The position numbers and the translations under genes are program-made. This document shows, piece after piece, positions 44,015 to 55,191 of a stretch of DNA of 64,000 bases (within the stretch, counting starts at the first letter, position 1; each line of letters opens with the position of its first letter). A model generated the notes under the pieces. It saw nothing but the letters and a program-made list of their open reading frames with translations. It had not been told where the DNA came from and did not search any database. The DNA is from Deltaproteobacteria bacterium HGW-Deltaproteobacteria-4 (GTDB taxonomy: Bacteria > Desulfobacterota > Desulfuromonadia > Desulfuromonadales > UBA2197): assembly GCA_002841765.1 (NCBI GenBank), contig PHAV01000002.1:73604-137603 (forward strand). The letters are read 5' to 3'.

Positions 44015-46717
44015 ATGCGATGTGACCAGATAAAATCGAATAAACTCGCCTTGCGCACTATTGTTAGTGGAGGAGTTCTAGCTGTTATTTATCTTCTTGT
44101 CGGTATGGTAATGGCGACAACAGTCTTTGCTGCCGATTTTACTAACCGGATTATGGCTATTGAGAAGAAGGGCGGCAGCGGCATACAGATTATAGCGGAA
44201 AAAGAGATCGGGTCGCGCTACACCAGTTATCTTCTGTCGAAGCCGCCGCGGGTAGTCTTTGATTTCCAGGGCGCGGATATTTCCACGCTTCCAGTTATCT
44301 CTAAATTATCCGAACATCCTGTTAGTGAGATTCGGGTTTCCCTTTATGAGTCTGCATCTGTAAAATCCGGTCGAATCGAATTGATCTTGACGGATCGTGT
44401 TCCCTACAAGGTGCAAATAGACGGGAACATTTTAAACGTCGATTTTACTCCTGACGTTTCCGTTCCTGCTACTCCTCCAGTAGTTGCTCCGCCAGTTGCT
44501 ACTGAACCTCCGGTTGAAGTGGTGAAACCGCCGGTGGACCCTGCAACTTTTTCTGCTCCTCTTGAAAAGCTAACTTCTCCTGCTTCCAGTATTTTGGAAG
44601 TAATCGGCCGCAAGAGCGAAATATTTTTGCGTGCGGATGGAGAACTTGATCGTTGCAAGTCCTTCGCGCTGAAGAATCCTTCCCGTTATGTTGTTGACTG
44701 TTTCGGAGTGATCGAAAAAATCGCGGCTAAGGATGTGCCTTTATCCGGACCGATCAAACTTATTCGCATTGGTAACTATCCTGATAAAGTCAGATTTGTC
44801 TTGGAAGGTGACGCAAAGGTTGTTGACAGGTTGGAATCGTTCCCGGTTATTGATGGTTTGTCGATACGTTTCGATGGGAAGGGGAAGATTCCATCGCAGG
44901 AAGTAACTTCTGATGAAGGGAAAGCCCTTGCAGCGGCAGTTCCTGTGCTGCAGACTAATCCTCCGGAAAAAATCGAGAAAGGGCCGTCGGCACCGCTCAC
45001 GGTGGAAAAAGTTGATTTTAAAGTCGAGGATGGTAAGTCTTTGGTCATAGTTGTCCTCTCCGCACCGGGTGAGGTGATGCAACCGATTAAAGACAAGACC
45101 TTGCTTCGTTTCGGTATCAAGGGAGCAACGATTATTCCGTCATTACGCCGAACCATCGATGCTTCTGCTTTCCCGAGTGTGATCCGGCAAATTACGCCGT
45201 ACATAGTGAGCAACCGGGGGAAGTCCGATGTCCGTTTCGCAGTTGAACTGAAAGGCGACACTCCTTACGAGTTGAAGAATGACGGAAAAGTTGTCACATT
45301 GATAGTTGACAATGGTTCCTTTGCAAAGGGATATGGACCGCTGGATGAGACAATTGAGCTTCCCCTCGCTGTCGCTGTTGAGGTACCGCAAAAAGCGACT
45401 GCAGCGCCTTACCGTGCTGGGAAAACCCGTCCTGAAGTAATCACGAATGAAACGCTTAAAGTGCCTGCGGATAAAAAATATACTGGTCAGATAGTCTCTC
45501 TCAACTTTGACAATATAGAAATTCGCAATGTTCTCCTGCTTATTGCTGAAGTCAGTGATATGAATATTATCGCCAATGATGACGTCAAAGGGGTTATTAC
45601 CCTACGCCTCAATAACGTTCCTTGGGATCAAGCCCTTGATGTGATTCTGGAGTCAAAGGGACTGGGGATGGAGAAAGAAGGGAACATACTCCGCATTGCT
45701 CCTAAAGAAGTTATGTTAAAACGTAAGTTAGACAATGCGGAAACAGAGATGAAGCTCAGCGAAACAAGCGTTAAGGAGACTAGAGCGTTTTCCGTAAATT
45801 ATGGACCGGTCGACGATATTGCCCAAAAAATAAAGGATCAAATCAAGGATAATGGTACCGTTTCAGCGGATGTGAGAACCCGGCAAATTTTCGTGACAAC
45901 AACATCGGACAAACTCAAAGAGATTGAAGTGCAGATCATCAGGCGTCTAGACGTTCCCGACCAACAGGTGACTATAGAAGCACGGATTGTTGAAGCTAAC
46001 TCTAATTTCACCCGAGATCTTGGTGTTTCCTGGGGAATTAGCCAGCAGGGAACGGCTAAGGGTCCCTGGGATCTTAGCGGAGCGATGATCACCGGTGGCG
46101 GCAGCTTTACAATTAATCCCGGAACGCAGGCGACGAATACTACCGGACCCGTATTTAATAACTCTGCGGGGATCGGTTCTATGTTCTCATTCGGTCGTAT
46201 CGGAATTGATAGTACCATCCTCGACCTCCGTCTTTCCGCTCTGGAGGCATCAGGCTACGGGAAGATCGTTTCGACGCCGCGGATTACCACCTCGAATGGT
46301 GAGTCGGCTGAAATTAGTCAAGGGACACAAATCCCCTATCAGACTACAAGCGACAAGGGGACCGAGACCAAGTTCATTGATGCGACTCTGGCGCTAAAGG
46401 TTAAACCGGTCATTAACCCGGATAACTCGATGATTTTGGAAATCGAAGTCTCCAACGATTCAGTCGGTTCGACTGTAGCGGTTGGTGTCGGTTCGGCACC
46501 GTCGATCAATACCAAAAAGGCAAAAACCAAGGTGTTGGTGAAAAATGGCGAGACAACGGTTATAGGTGGAATTTTTATTGAGACCGAGACAGAAAGCGAA
46601 GTGGGAATTCCGCTGCTGCGCAGTATTCCGATCCTTGGCCACCTCTTTAAGTCGACACGAAAAGGCAAGGACAAGACAGAATTGATGATCTTTATTACTC
46701 CAAGGATTGTTGAATAG
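44015..46717 (+). CDS. pilQ: Type IV pilus secretin PilQ with N-terminal AMIN domains
   Basis: C-terminal secretin domain (VKNGETTVIGGIF...IPLLRSIPILGHLF...ELMIFITPRIV), STN/N0 region NFDNIEIRNVLLLIA, 900 aa. Confidence 0.95.
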   Translation: MRCDQIKSNKLALRTIVSGGVLAVIYLLVGMVMATTVFAADFTNRIMAIEKKGGSGIQIIAEKEIGSRYTSYLLSKPPRVVFDFQGADISTLPVISKLSEHPVSEIRVSLYESASVKSGRIELILTDRVPYKVQIDGNILNVDFTPDVSVPATPPVVAPPVATEPPVEVVKPPVDPATFSAPLEKLTSPASSILEVIGRKSEIFLRADGELDRCKSFALKNPSRYVVDCFGVIEKIAAKDVPLSGPIKLIRIGNYPDKVRFVLEGDAKVVDRLESFPVIDGLSIRFDGKGKIPSQEVTSDEGKALAAAVPVLQTNPPEKIEKGPSAPLTVEKVDFKVEDGKSLVIVVLSAPGEVMQPIKDKTLLRFGIKGATIIPSLRRTIDASAFPSVIRQITPYIVSNRGKSDVRFAVELKGDTPYELKNDGKVVTLIVDNGSFAKGYGPLDETIELPLAVAVEVPQKATAAPYRAGKTRPEVITNETLKVPADKKYTGQIVSLNFDNIEIRNVLLLIAEVSDMNIIANDDVKGVITLRLNNVPWDQALDVILESKGLGMEKEGNILRIAPKEVMLKRKLDNAETEMKLSETSVKETRAFSVNYGPVDDIAQKIKDQIKDNGTVSADVRTRQIFVTTTSDKLKEIEVQIIRRLDVPDQQVTIEARIVEANSNFTRDLGVSWGISQQGTAKGPWDLSGAMITGGGSFTINPGTQATNTTGPVFNNSAGIGSMFSFGRIGIDSTILDLRLSALEASGYGKIVSTPRITTSNGESAEISQGTQIPYQTTSDKGTETKFIDATLALKVKPVINPDNSMILEIEVSNDSVGSTVAVGVGSAPSINTKKAKTKVLVKNGETTVIGGIFIETETESEVGIPLLRSIPILGHLFKSTRKGKDKTELMIFITPRIVE

Positions 46718-46792
46718 TCGTTCTCTACATTGAGATGAAAAGGGCAGGCTCTTTGGAGTGTCTGTCCTTTTCTTTATGGCACAAGGGATGTT

Positions 46793-47305
46793 ATGTCTGA
46801 AAAAAATATCATTCTCGTTGGGTTTATGGGGGCGGGCAAAAGTACGGTGGCCGCGGAATTGGTTAGATGTTGCAATTGTCATTTGCTCGATCTCGATGTC
46901 GAGATTGAGCGCCGAAGTGGTCTAAAGATCCAAGAAATTTTCCGCCAGCATGGCGAAAATGTTTTCCGCGATTTGGAGAGTGCAGCTCTATCCGCATTGC
47001 GCGGCCAAAATGGGCTGGTCGTGGCTACGGGCGGGGGAGTTCTGGGTAGACCGGAGAACCGTGAATTGGTCCGATCTGTCGGGCGTGTTGTTTATCTTCG
47101 TACTGCCTTTGCCACCTTACAAAAACGACTTAAACTTTCCAGTGATCGGCCTTTGGTCAAGGAAGAACCGGACTGGAATGCGCTTGAAACTCTCCTCTTG
47201 AGCCGGATTCCTTTTTATGAAACTGCTGATTTGATTATCGACACCAACGATAAAAATCCAAATGAGATTGCCACTGAGATTTTGCAGAGGCTGGCGGAGG
47301 TATAG
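46793..47305 (+). CDS. aroK: Shikimate kinase
   Basis: LVGFMGAGKST. Confidence 0.9.
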   Translation: MSEKNIILVGFMGAGKSTVAAELVRCCNCHLLDLDVEIERRSGLKIQEIFRQHGENVFRDLESAALSALRGQNGLVVATGGGVLGRPENRELVRSVGRVVYLRTAFATLQKRLKLSSDRPLVKEEPDWNALETLLLSRIPFYETADLIIDTNDKNPNEIATEILQRLAEV

Positions 47306-48403
47306 ATGCTGGCAGAAACTTTACTTGTCGGCTTGCATGAGCGCAGTTATCCAATTCGTATCGGTGAAGGAATTCTTGAAGAGATAGGGGCAGAGTTGCT
47401 CGCCATCTCATTCCCGAAAAGAATCGCAGTAATCACCAACCCTCTGGTTGGACGGTTGTATAGCGATATTGTTCTGGATGCCCTGAAGGCGGCGGGATTT
47501 TCTCCATTACGAATCGATATCCCGGATGGTGAAGAATTCAAGACTCTTGATACTGTCAGCACGGTTTACGACGCGTTGATGGCTGCTGGTTTTGACCGGG
47601 GATGCGGCCTGCTGGCCCTTGGTGGTGGCGTCGTCGGTGATCTAGCCGGTTTTGTGGCTGCAACCTTTTTACGCGGCATCCCTTTTGTACAAATTCCGAC
47701 GACCCTTCTTGCACAGGTTGATAGTTCTGTCGGGGGAAAGACTGGTGTTAACCATCCCCTTGGGAAAAATCTGATCGGAGCTTTTTATCAGCCTCGATTG
47801 GTTCTGATTGATGTAAAGATCCTCTCTACCTTATCCACCCGTGATTATCGCGCCGGTTTTGCTGAAGTTGTAAAGTATGGATTGATCCGGGATCAGTCTT
47901 TCTTCATCGAGTTACAGAAAAATGCTGAAAAACTGTGCAATCACGACCCTTCAGTATTGGTCATGGCAATAATGAGGTCTTGCCAAATCAAGGCGGATAT
48001 TGTAGAACGTGACGAACGTGAGGATGGTTTACGTGCTATTCTCAATTACGGTCATACCTTTGGTCACGCTATTGAAAACCTCTCTGGTTATGGCGAATAT
48101 CGTCATGGTGAGGCGGTTGCAATCGGCATGGTCGTTGCTGCAGAAATTTCCGAAGCTTTCGGCCTTTGTACTCACCAGGATGTCGAGGCGGTACGACAGT
48201 TGCTCCTTGCTTTTGACCTGCCGGTGGTCGCGCCACAATACTCTACAGATAAGTTGCTGGAAACTATCGGGCGCGATAAGAAAGTACACACCGGTATTTT
48301 GCGCATGATCCTTAATCGCGGGATAGGCGATTTTGAGATTCGGACAGTTGCTGACCCAGGCGCGCTCTTTTCTGGTATAACCTCCCCGGTTATTGCGGAA
48401 TAA
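47306..48403 (+). CDS. aroB: 3-dehydroquinate synthase
   Basis: GGGVVGDLAGFVAATFLRGIPFVQIPTTLLAQVDSSVGGKTGVN. Confidence 0.95.
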   Translation: MLAETLLVGLHERSYPIRIGEGILEEIGAELLAISFPKRIAVITNPLVGRLYSDIVLDALKAAGFSPLRIDIPDGEEFKTLDTVSTVYDALMAAGFDRGCGLLALGGGVVGDLAGFVAATFLRGIPFVQIPTTLLAQVDSSVGGKTGVNHPLGKNLIGAFYQPRLVLIDVKILSTLSTRDYRAGFAEVVKYGLIRDQSFFIELQKNAEKLCNHDPSVLVMAIMRSCQIKADIVERDEREDGLRAILNYGHTFGHAIENLSGYGEYRHGEAVAIGMVVAAEISEAFGLCTHQDVEAVRQLLLAFDLPVVAPQYSTDKLLETIGRDKKVHTGILRMILNRGIGDFEIRTVADPGALFSGITSPVIAE

Positions 48404-48413
48404 AGGTACTGAC

Positions 48414-49289
48414 ATGGCCCAACAAACTGTCGTCGTGGATATCACTTTACTCGGGAAAATGGCCGGCTATATCGAGATGCTGGTCAAGGACCCGTATTCG
48501 ACGATCTTTGCCGCTTTAAGCGATATCTATCGTACTTTTAATCTGCTCGATGAGGCAGTGGCCGTGGCGCAAAGGGGGAGCGAAATGGTCCCCAGTTATG
48601 CCCCGGGCTTTGTTTCACTCGGGCGCGCTCTAGCCGAAAAAGGGGATCCCGTTGGTGCCAGTGCTGCCTACCGCAAAGCATTGATTCTCGATCCCGTCAA
48701 TCTGGCAGCATTGACTGGTCTCGCCAGTTCCTGTCTCGGTTGCGGACAAAAGGAAGAAGCTCTCTCGCTCTTGAACCAGGCGCAGGAGATTGACTCTGAT
48801 GACGAAGTTGTTAAACAACTCTTTGCGGTGGTAAAGAAACTAGTAGCAATTCCCGCTCCTGTGTCTTCCTTAAGTATGCACGATAACCTTGTTCCCCCTC
48901 CTGAGTCGCCTCTCGAATTGCCCCAGCCAGTTTTAGAAGAAAAAGTTGATCGTGCAACGGAGAGCGCTCCGCTGCCGTCCATTGCTACAGCAACGTTAGC
49001 CGACATCTATATAAAGCAGGGCTTCCCGGAAAGAGCAATTAAAGTCTTCAGTGATCTGTTGGAAGAAGATCCCGCCAATACGGAAATTCGGCAGCGACTT
49101 GATGAGTTATTACAGCAAATCAATCCTGCGGCCTTGGTAGAACCAAAAGCAGTCAAGATTCCACAGATTGAAGCTGAGCCAGCCATAAGGCCGATCGGAC
49201 TTACGGCGTTGAAGGGGAAAGAGGCATTGATTTTCATGTATGATCGTTGGCTCGATGCTGTCAACAGGAGGAGAGCAGATGTTCACTGA
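48414..49289 (+). CDS. Tetratricopeptide-repeat protein
   Basis: TPR-like A/Y/L periodicity (LGRALAEKGDPVGASAAYRKALILDP, ADIYIKQGFPERAIKVFSDLLEEDP). Confidence 0.65.
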   Translation: MAQQTVVVDITLLGKMAGYIEMLVKDPYSTIFAALSDIYRTFNLLDEAVAVAQRGSEMVPSYAPGFVSLGRALAEKGDPVGASAAYRKALILDPVNLAALTGLASSCLGCGQKEEALSLLNQAQEIDSDDEVVKQLFAVVKKLVAIPAPVSSLSMHDNLVPPPESPLELPQPVLEEKVDRATESAPLPSIATATLADIYIKQGFPERAIKVFSDLLEEDPANTEIRQRLDELLQQINPAALVEPKAVKIPQIEAEPAIRPIGLTALKGKEALIFMYDRWLDAVNRRRADVH

Positions 49290-49638
49290 GATACTTCGAA
49301 ATCTGACCGGTGAAACTCCTGGCGCGATCGGTGCAGTCTTGATGGGCTATGACGGCATCGCCATCTCTTCTCATTTCCTTCCCGGGGATGATCTTGATGT
49401 GCAAATGATCGCTATTGAGTATGGGAATGTCTTGAAAGAAATTCGCAATGCCGCGGCGGTCCTGGCGATTGGCGAAATGGAAGAAGTGAATATCCAGACG
49501 CGGCGTTATCGCTTTGTTATTCGGGCCATCACGGAAGAATACTTTGTCGTATTAGCCCTGGATCGTGAGGGGAACTTCGGTAAAGGGCGTTATGTCCTGC
49601 GCCGGGATAATGAACGACTCCGTGAGGCATTGCAGTGA
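49279..49638 (+). CDS. Roadblock/LC7 (MglB-like) domain protein
   Basis: ~119 aa. [18 protein letters not shown]...[15 protein letters not shown] is typical of roadblock/LC7. Confidence 0.6.
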   Translation: MFTEILRNLTGETPGAIGAVLMGYDGIAISSHFLPGDDLDVQMIAIEYGNVLKEIRNAAAVLAIGEMEEVNIQTRRYRFVIRAITEEYFVVLALDREGNFGKGRYVLRRDNERLREALQ

Positions 49639-50081
49639 CAACGACTTTTTCCTTTTTGGTGCTGCACGGCCCGAATCTCAATCTGCTGGGGTCACGTGAA
49701 CCTGAGATTTATGGCAGTGAAACCCTTGCCGAGGTCGATGCGGCATTACAGCGTTTTGGTTCAGAAGTTGGACTGCATATCGAGACCTTTCAGTCAAACC
49801 ACGAAGGTGCTCTCATTGACCGGATCCAGCAGGCCCAAAGTGCTGGTTTCTCGGCGCTGATCATCAATCCTGGTGGCTATACCCACACCAGTGTCGCCCT
49901 GCGCGATGCGATTGCAGCCGTTGCGCTGCCGACCATGGAAGTTCATCTGTCCAATATTCACGCTCGTGAAACTTTTCGTCATCATTCTTACATCGCACCA
50001 GTCGCCATTGGACAGATTTGCGGTCTGGGAACAATCGGTTATGAACTTGCAATGCGCGGACTTTTAGCTAAAATGAAATAA
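49635..50081 (+). CDS. aroQ: Type II 3-dehydroquinate dehydratase
   Basis: [47 protein letters not shown]. Confidence 0.95.
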   Translation: MTTTFSFLVLHGPNLNLLGSREPEIYGSETLAEVDAALQRFGSEVGLHIETFQSNHEGALIDRIQQAQSAGFSALIINPGGYTHTSVALRDAIAAVALPTMEVHLSNIHARETFRHHSYIAPVAIGQICGLGTIGYELAMRGLLAKMK

Positions 50082-50107
50082 TATTTTATTGTTTATGAAA
50101 TGGTATT

Positions 50108-51181
50108 ATGTTAGATAACAGAGCTTCAGCACTCAGAGCTTTGCTGCTTGAGCAGCATCTCGATGCCCTGCTTGTGACACGACCCGCCAATCTCCGTTAT
50201 TTCAGCGGGTTTACTGGGACAGACGGTGCGTTGATTGTCACGCCGCAGGCAACGATCTTCCTTACCGATTCGCGTTACACTATTCAGGCAAGTGAAGAGG
50301 TTACAGTTGACCATCGACGTGAATATTCTGTACAAACCGAGGGAGTTATTGCAGCTCTTGAGGATTTTACTGTCAGAAAAGTTGGTTACGAAGCGGAACA
50401 TCTGACTTGTGCTGCCTTTGAACGTTTGCGCACACGCAGTGGGCAGGAGATGACGTGGGTTGGTCTTGATCGACCGATGTTAGGGCTGCGGGGTATCAAG
50501 GACAGCATTGAGATTGTGGCGTTGGAGAGATCCGCGCATATGGCAGCGACGGCTTTTGAAGAAATTGTTCCGCTGCTCCGTCCCGGTATAACTGAACGCG
50601 AGATTGCTCTCGCCCTCGAGTTCGCCATGCGTCGACTTGGTGGCGATGAAAAGTCCTTTGATTTGATCGTCGCCTCCGGGGAACGCGGAGCACTGCCGCA
50701 CGGAGCTGCGAGTGAACGCATTCTCCGTAGCGGAGAATTTGTCACTATCGACTTTGGTCTGCGTTTGCATGGCTACTGCTCGGATGAAACCGTGACGATC
50801 GCTCTTGGTGAAACCGATGCGGAATTAGAACACGTCTACGACACAGTTTATCAGGCACAACAGGACGCGATCGCGGCAATTCGACCGGGTGTTCTCCTCA
50901 AAGAGATCGACGCCCTTGCTCGCAAAACTATTGCTGCCGCCGGCTATGCCTCCTTTTTCGGGCATGGTCTGGGGCATGGAGTCGGTCTCGAAGTTCACGA
51001 GTATCCGACACTTTCGCCGCGGTCTGTCGATACGGCGCAAGTTGGTATGGTTTTTACCGTTGAACCGGGAATTTACCTCCCCGGCAAAGGCGGGGTGAGA
51101 CTCGAAGATATGGTGGTTGTAACCAATGACGGCTGCCGGAAGTTAACCCGTATTCCCAAAAAACTGCGGCGCCTTGGCTGA
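50108..51181 (+). CDS. Xaa-Pro aminopeptidase/dipeptidase (M24B)
   Basis: Creatinase-like N-terminal domain and an M24 metal-ligand context (HGLGHGVGLEVHE, VRLEDMVVVT). Confidence 0.85.
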   Translation: MLDNRASALRALLLEQHLDALLVTRPANLRYFSGFTGTDGALIVTPQATIFLTDSRYTIQASEEVTVDHRREYSVQTEGVIAALEDFTVRKVGYEAEHLTCAAFERLRTRSGQEMTWVGLDRPMLGLRGIKDSIEIVALERSAHMAATAFEEIVPLLRPGITEREIALALEFAMRRLGGDEKSFDLIVASGERGALPHGAASERILRSGEFVTIDFGLRLHGYCSDETVTIALGETDAELEHVYDTVYQAQQDAIAAIRPGVLLKEIDALARKTIAAAGYASFFGHGLGHGVGLEVHEYPTLSPRSVDTAQVGMVFTVEPGIYLPGKGGVRLEDMVVVTNDGCRKLTRIPKKLRRLG

Positions 51182-51257
51182 CAGTGACGCTTGGTTTCAC
51201 TCATGAACGGATCGCTACAACGCTGATGATCCGTCATACTCAGGAGGATAAAGAACC

Positions 51258-51734
51258 ATGGATATTAAAGATCTCAAGACATTGATCAAAATGGTCACCG
51301 AGACCGACATTACCGAATTTGAGATGGAGAGTGAGCAGGAAAAGATCATCATCAAGCGTGGTCATTCCGAAGTCGTAACTTACACGGCTGCACCGAACTA
51401 TGCTGTTGCTCCCGTTCAGGCCACAGCTCCAATTGCCGCCCCTGCTCCTGCAGCAGTCGCACCAGTTGTGGCCGTTGCTGCAGCCACTGAGATAGGAGAA
51501 GTGATTACCTCGCCGATCATCGGTACTTTCTATTCCTCCCCGTCGCCGGAGTCTGATCCTTATGTCAAGGTCGGGTCGATCGTTGAGAAGGGCGAGACTC
51601 TCTGCATTGTTGAAGCGATGAAACTGATGAACGAGATCGAGGCGGAGTTTAAATGCAAGGTTGTCGAAATTCTTGGAGAGAACGCCAAACCGGTCGAATA
51701 CGGTGCGCCCCTCTTCAGGGTTGAACGCCTTTAA
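51258..51734 (+). CDS. accB: Acetyl-CoA carboxylase biotin carboxyl carrier protein
   Basis: Ala/Pro linker and the biotinyl motif [12 protein letters not shown]. Confidence 0.95.
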   Translation: MDIKDLKTLIKMVTETDITEFEMESEQEKIIIKRGHSEVVTYTAAPNYAVAPVQATAPIAAPAPAAVAPVVAVAAATEIGEVITSPIIGTFYSSPSPESDPYVKVGSIVEKGETLCIVEAMKLMNEIEAEFKCKVVEILGENAKPVEYGAPLFRVERL

Positions 51735-51762
51735 GAATTTTGCTTTCGTGACGGAGAAGAGT

Positions 51763-53100
51763 ATGTTTCATAAGATTCTCATCGCCAACCGGGGCGAAAT
51801 TGCCGTACGAATCATTCGTGCCTGCAAAGAACTCGGTATCAAGACAGTCGCGGTCCATTCTGATGCCGACAGTGAGTCGCTGCACGTCAAGTTGGCCGAC
51901 GAAAGCCTTTGTATCGGCCCGGCTCTCAGCAGCAAAAGTTATCTCAATATGAAGGCAATTATCAGCGCCGCCGAAGTGACAGATGCTGATGCGATCCATC
52001 CCGGGTACGGCTTTTTGTCCGAAAATGCCGAATTCGCTGAAATTTGTGGTAACTGCGGCATCACCTTCATCGGACCGACTCCTGAAGCAATGCGCCTGAT
52101 GGGGGACAAGATCAGCGCTCGTCAGACTGTCACCCAATACGGTGTGCCGATCCTCCCTGGCACTAAAGACGGGGTGGCTACCGCAGAAGAAGCCGTCAAG
52201 ATTGCCGGTAAGATCGGTTATCCGGTCATAATCAAGGCAACCGCCGGTGGTGGTGGCCGCGGCATGAAGATCGTCCATTCCCCGGCTTCGCTGCCGAATG
52301 CTTTTGCTGCCGCCCGCTCTGAAGCTCAGGCCGGTTTTGGCAATCCTGAAGTTTATATCGAAAAATATTGCGAACGCCCTCGTCACGTTGAAATCCAGAT
52401 TATGGCAGATCAGCACGGCAATTGTATATATCTTGGCGAGCGAGACTGCTCGATTCAGCGCCGACATCAAAAACTTATCGAAGAGGCCCCCTGTCCAGTC
52501 CTTTCACCTGAACAACGCAAGAAGATGGGGGAATGCGCTGTCGCCGCGGCTAAGGCGGTCAATTATACCAGCGTCGGCACCATGGAATTCCTTCTCGATA
52601 AAAATGGTGACTTCTTCTTCATGGAGATGAATACGCGCGTGCAGGTCGAACATCCCGTCACCGAGATGGTCACCGGCGTTGACATCATCAAAGAACAGAT
52701 TCGTTCCGCCGCCGGTATCCCCTTGCGTTACACCCAGGACGATATCAAGATTCAGGGACATTCGATCGAATGCCGGATCAATGCCGAGCACCCCTTTAAA
52801 TTTACTCCTTCCCCTGGAAAAATCGACGGTTATCATCCGCCGGGAGGTCTTGGTGTGCGTGTTGACAGCTTCGTCTACGACCAGTACACAGTCTTGCCGC
52901 ACTACGATTCGATGATCGCCAAACTTATTGTCCATGCCGATACCCGGGAAGAGGCGATCCGCCGCATGTCCAGGGCCCTCGATGAATATATTATCGGCGG
53001 TATCAAGACCAGTATAGCTTTCCACGCCAAGGTCATGAATAGTAAAGAGTTCCTCGAAGGGGATGTCGATACCGGCTTTATCGACCGCATGGTTATTTAG
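51763..53100 (+). CDS. accC: Acetyl-CoA carboxylase biotin carboxylase
   Basis: [41 protein letters not shown] at 51763. Confidence 0.95.
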   Translation: MFHKILIANRGEIAVRIIRACKELGIKTVAVHSDADSESLHVKLADESLCIGPALSSKSYLNMKAIISAAEVTDADAIHPGYGFLSENAEFAEICGNCGITFIGPTPEAMRLMGDKISARQTVTQYGVPILPGTKDGVATAEEAVKIAGKIGYPVIIKATAGGGGRGMKIVHSPASLPNAFAAARSEAQAGFGNPEVYIEKYCERPRHVEIQIMADQHGNCIYLGERDCSIQRRHQKLIEEAPCPVLSPEQRKKMGECAVAAAKAVNYTSVGTMEFLLDKNGDFFFMEMNTRVQVEHPVTEMVTGVDIIKEQIRSAAGIPLRYTQDDIKIQGHSIECRINAEHPFKFTPSPGKIDGYHPPGGLGVRVDSFVYDQYTVLPHYDSMIAKLIVHADTREEAIRRMSRALDEYIIGGIKTSIAFHAKVMNSKEFLEGDVDTGFIDRMVI

Positions 53101-53109
53101 AGACTGACG

Positions 53110-53144
53110 GCAGAAAGGCCGGGCTTACGGCCCGGCCTTTCTGC
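53110..53144 (+). terminator. Stem-loop after accC (no clear T-run)
   Basis: 15-bp perfect stem GCAGAAAGGCCGGGC / GCCCGGCCTTTCTGC. Confidence 0.45.
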
Positions 53145-53250
53145 TAAAACAAGCAAAAAAAGCAAATAGAGCTTTTGCGCTTTGCCACTTTACAAACGTC
53201 ATGTAATATTTAAAAGTATGTTCGCTATTGTCTTGAAAGGAAATCTTCTT

Positions 53251-53664
53251 ATGCACCCCTTTAAATCTCTCCTCCTCTTGCTGATTTCTGCAATTTTCCT
53301 TACCGGTATGGGAAACCTAGGCGGAGCTCCGGTGGGGACAGTACCCAAGGTTGAAGAAGAGATCAAAGCTAAAGTGACGGATCAGAGCGGGATTGTTACC
53401 ACATTACAGCAGTTCTCGCTGGATGGGCAGACCGTTATCGAAGGGGAGCGCGGCAATGCAAGCGTCACAATTCAACTCCGCGACATCGATAGTCTGACGC
53501 TTCGAACCGCTGATGAGAAAGATAAAATTATCGCTACTATCAAGCTCAAGGATGGCTTGGAAGTTCAGCTGCATCTACGGAAACGGTTGATCTTCAACGG
53601 CTCTACCGGCTACGGTGCCTTTGTTATCCGTGCAGTCGATGTCAACAGCATTGACATACTTTAA
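53251..53664 (+). CDS. Small secreted protein, function unknown
   Basis: Signal peptide MHPFKSLLLLLISAIFLTG. No family recognised. Confidence 0.4.
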   Translation: MHPFKSLLLLLISAIFLTGMGNLGGAPVGTVPKVEEEIKAKVTDQSGIVTTLQQFSLDGQTVIEGERGNASVTIQLRDIDSLTLRTADEKDKIIATIKLKDGLEVQLHLRKRLIFNGSTGYGAFVIRAVDVNSIDIL

Positions 53665-53694
53665 GTACGAGTCACCTGACAAGGACGCTTTTTT

Positions 53695-55191
53695 GTGAAA
53701 CGATTTTCGTCGCTCTTGATCCTCATTATATTATGGCTCTGTGTCGCCAGTGACGCTGCCGTAGCGGACCCTCTCACTCAAAAAGAGGCTATCCGGATAG
53801 CTCTGGAGCGAAATCTTGCTGTCCAGAGTGAATTGATGAAATATCAGGCAAGCGAGGCGGCGATTACTGAAGCACAGGGACTTTACGACCCCCGTTTGCA
53901 ACTCCTCCTTGATGCTGTCACTAGTCGTGATGCGCAAAACAGTACTCCCGCCACCACCAGTGAGAACTTCGCATCCCGCTTCAATTTTTCTCTCCTGCAA
54001 AAATTGTCGAGCGGTGCAGAAGTAGTAGCGGGGATAAATCAGCGCCGTGACGACAATCTGCAAACGACATCCGCTTTCGATCCGAGCTGGCGTAATGAGT
54101 TTTACCTCTCCTTGACCCAGCCGCTGCTCAAGGGCTTTGGACGGATGGCGACGGAAGAACCGATTCTCCTTGCTGCTAAGGGACGCGATTCCACTATTGC
54201 GACACTGACGGAAGAGGTGACTCTCCTCGTTGCCGACCTTCGTACTCTCTTTGCGGACTTGCGGCGTGCTCACGCCATCCTGGCTTCCCGCCGTGCTTCT
54301 GTTGCCCTTGCCGAAGAGATCCTCGCCGAGAATAAGGCCAAAGTAGATGCCGGCCTACTCCCCCCTCTTGATCTCCTTGAGGCCGAAGTGGCATTGAAGA
54401 ACCGGCAGCGCGAACTTCTTGACGCCGAGCAGTCAGCCGAGGAACTTCTCGATCGCCTCGCAGAACAGCTGAATCTTTCTGCCCCCCCTGAAATTATTCT
54501 TGCCGGTTTCTCCCCGAACAAACTCGCTCCCGCCGAGGAAGCTGATCTGGCCTATGCCCTGCTACATCGCCCGGAACTGCTTCGTGCGCAAGCACAGGGA
54601 GAAAGCCGCCGCCTTGAAGCGACGATTGCCGAAGAGCGCCAACGTCCGGCTCTCGATCTGCTTGCCAGTTACGGGCAGAAGGGGCTTGCTGACGACTACG
54701 GACAGAGTTTGGAACAATCACTACAGGATGATCTGCAGAACTGGTCCGTCGGTTTGGTTTTTAACTATCCTCTGGGTAACCGTCAGGCAGTTGGCGAAGC
54801 AACCCGTAAAAAGTATCTGGCGACAAGCGCACAACGAGATGTCGAGCGTCTGCGTGAGGTCGTCCGGCGTGAATTACGCACGGCCCAGCGTCAGATACTC
54901 CTCGGTGAACTGCGTTTGCAAGTTGCCAGTGATGGTGTGCGTTTCGCTGCTGAAAAGTTGCGAAATCTCCTCAAGCGGCGGGAGGTCGGGCTGACGACGA
55001 CGCGCGCGGTCTTTGAGGGGGAGACCGATCTCGCTCGGGCACAAACCGATATGGCCGATGCTGAGGCCCTCTACGATAATGCGATCACCAGCTATCTGCG
55101 GGCTAGCGGACGTCTTCTCGATTATGAAGGAATCCGTTTCACTCATGATCCGTTTTTGCCGCCTTCTTTTGTTAGCGGAGCAAACCACTGA
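53695..55191 (+). CDS. TolC-family outer-membrane efflux protein
   Basis: Signal peptide, two tandem OEP-type repeats, Leu/Ala/Glu/Arg-rich coiled coils. GTG start. Confidence 0.8.
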   Translation: MKRFSSLLILIILWLCVASDAAVADPLTQKEAIRIALERNLAVQSELMKYQASEAAITEAQGLYDPRLQLLLDAVTSRDAQNSTPATTSENFASRFNFSLLQKLSSGAEVVAGINQRRDDNLQTTSAFDPSWRNEFYLSLTQPLLKGFGRMATEEPILLAAKGRDSTIATLTEEVTLLVADLRTLFADLRRAHAILASRRASVALAEEILAENKAKVDAGLLPPLDLLEAEVALKNRQRELLDAEQSAEELLDRLAEQLNLSAPPEIILAGFSPNKLAPAEEADLAYALLHRPELLRAQAQGESRRLEATIAEERQRPALDLLASYGQKGLADDYGQSLEQSLQDDLQNWSVGLVFNYPLGNRQAVGEATRKKYLATSAQRDVERLREVVRRELRTAQRQILLGELRLQVASDGVRFAAEKLRNLLKRREVGLTTTRAVFEGETDLARAQTDMADAEALYDNAITSYLRASGRLLDYEGIRFTHDPFLPPSFVSGANH

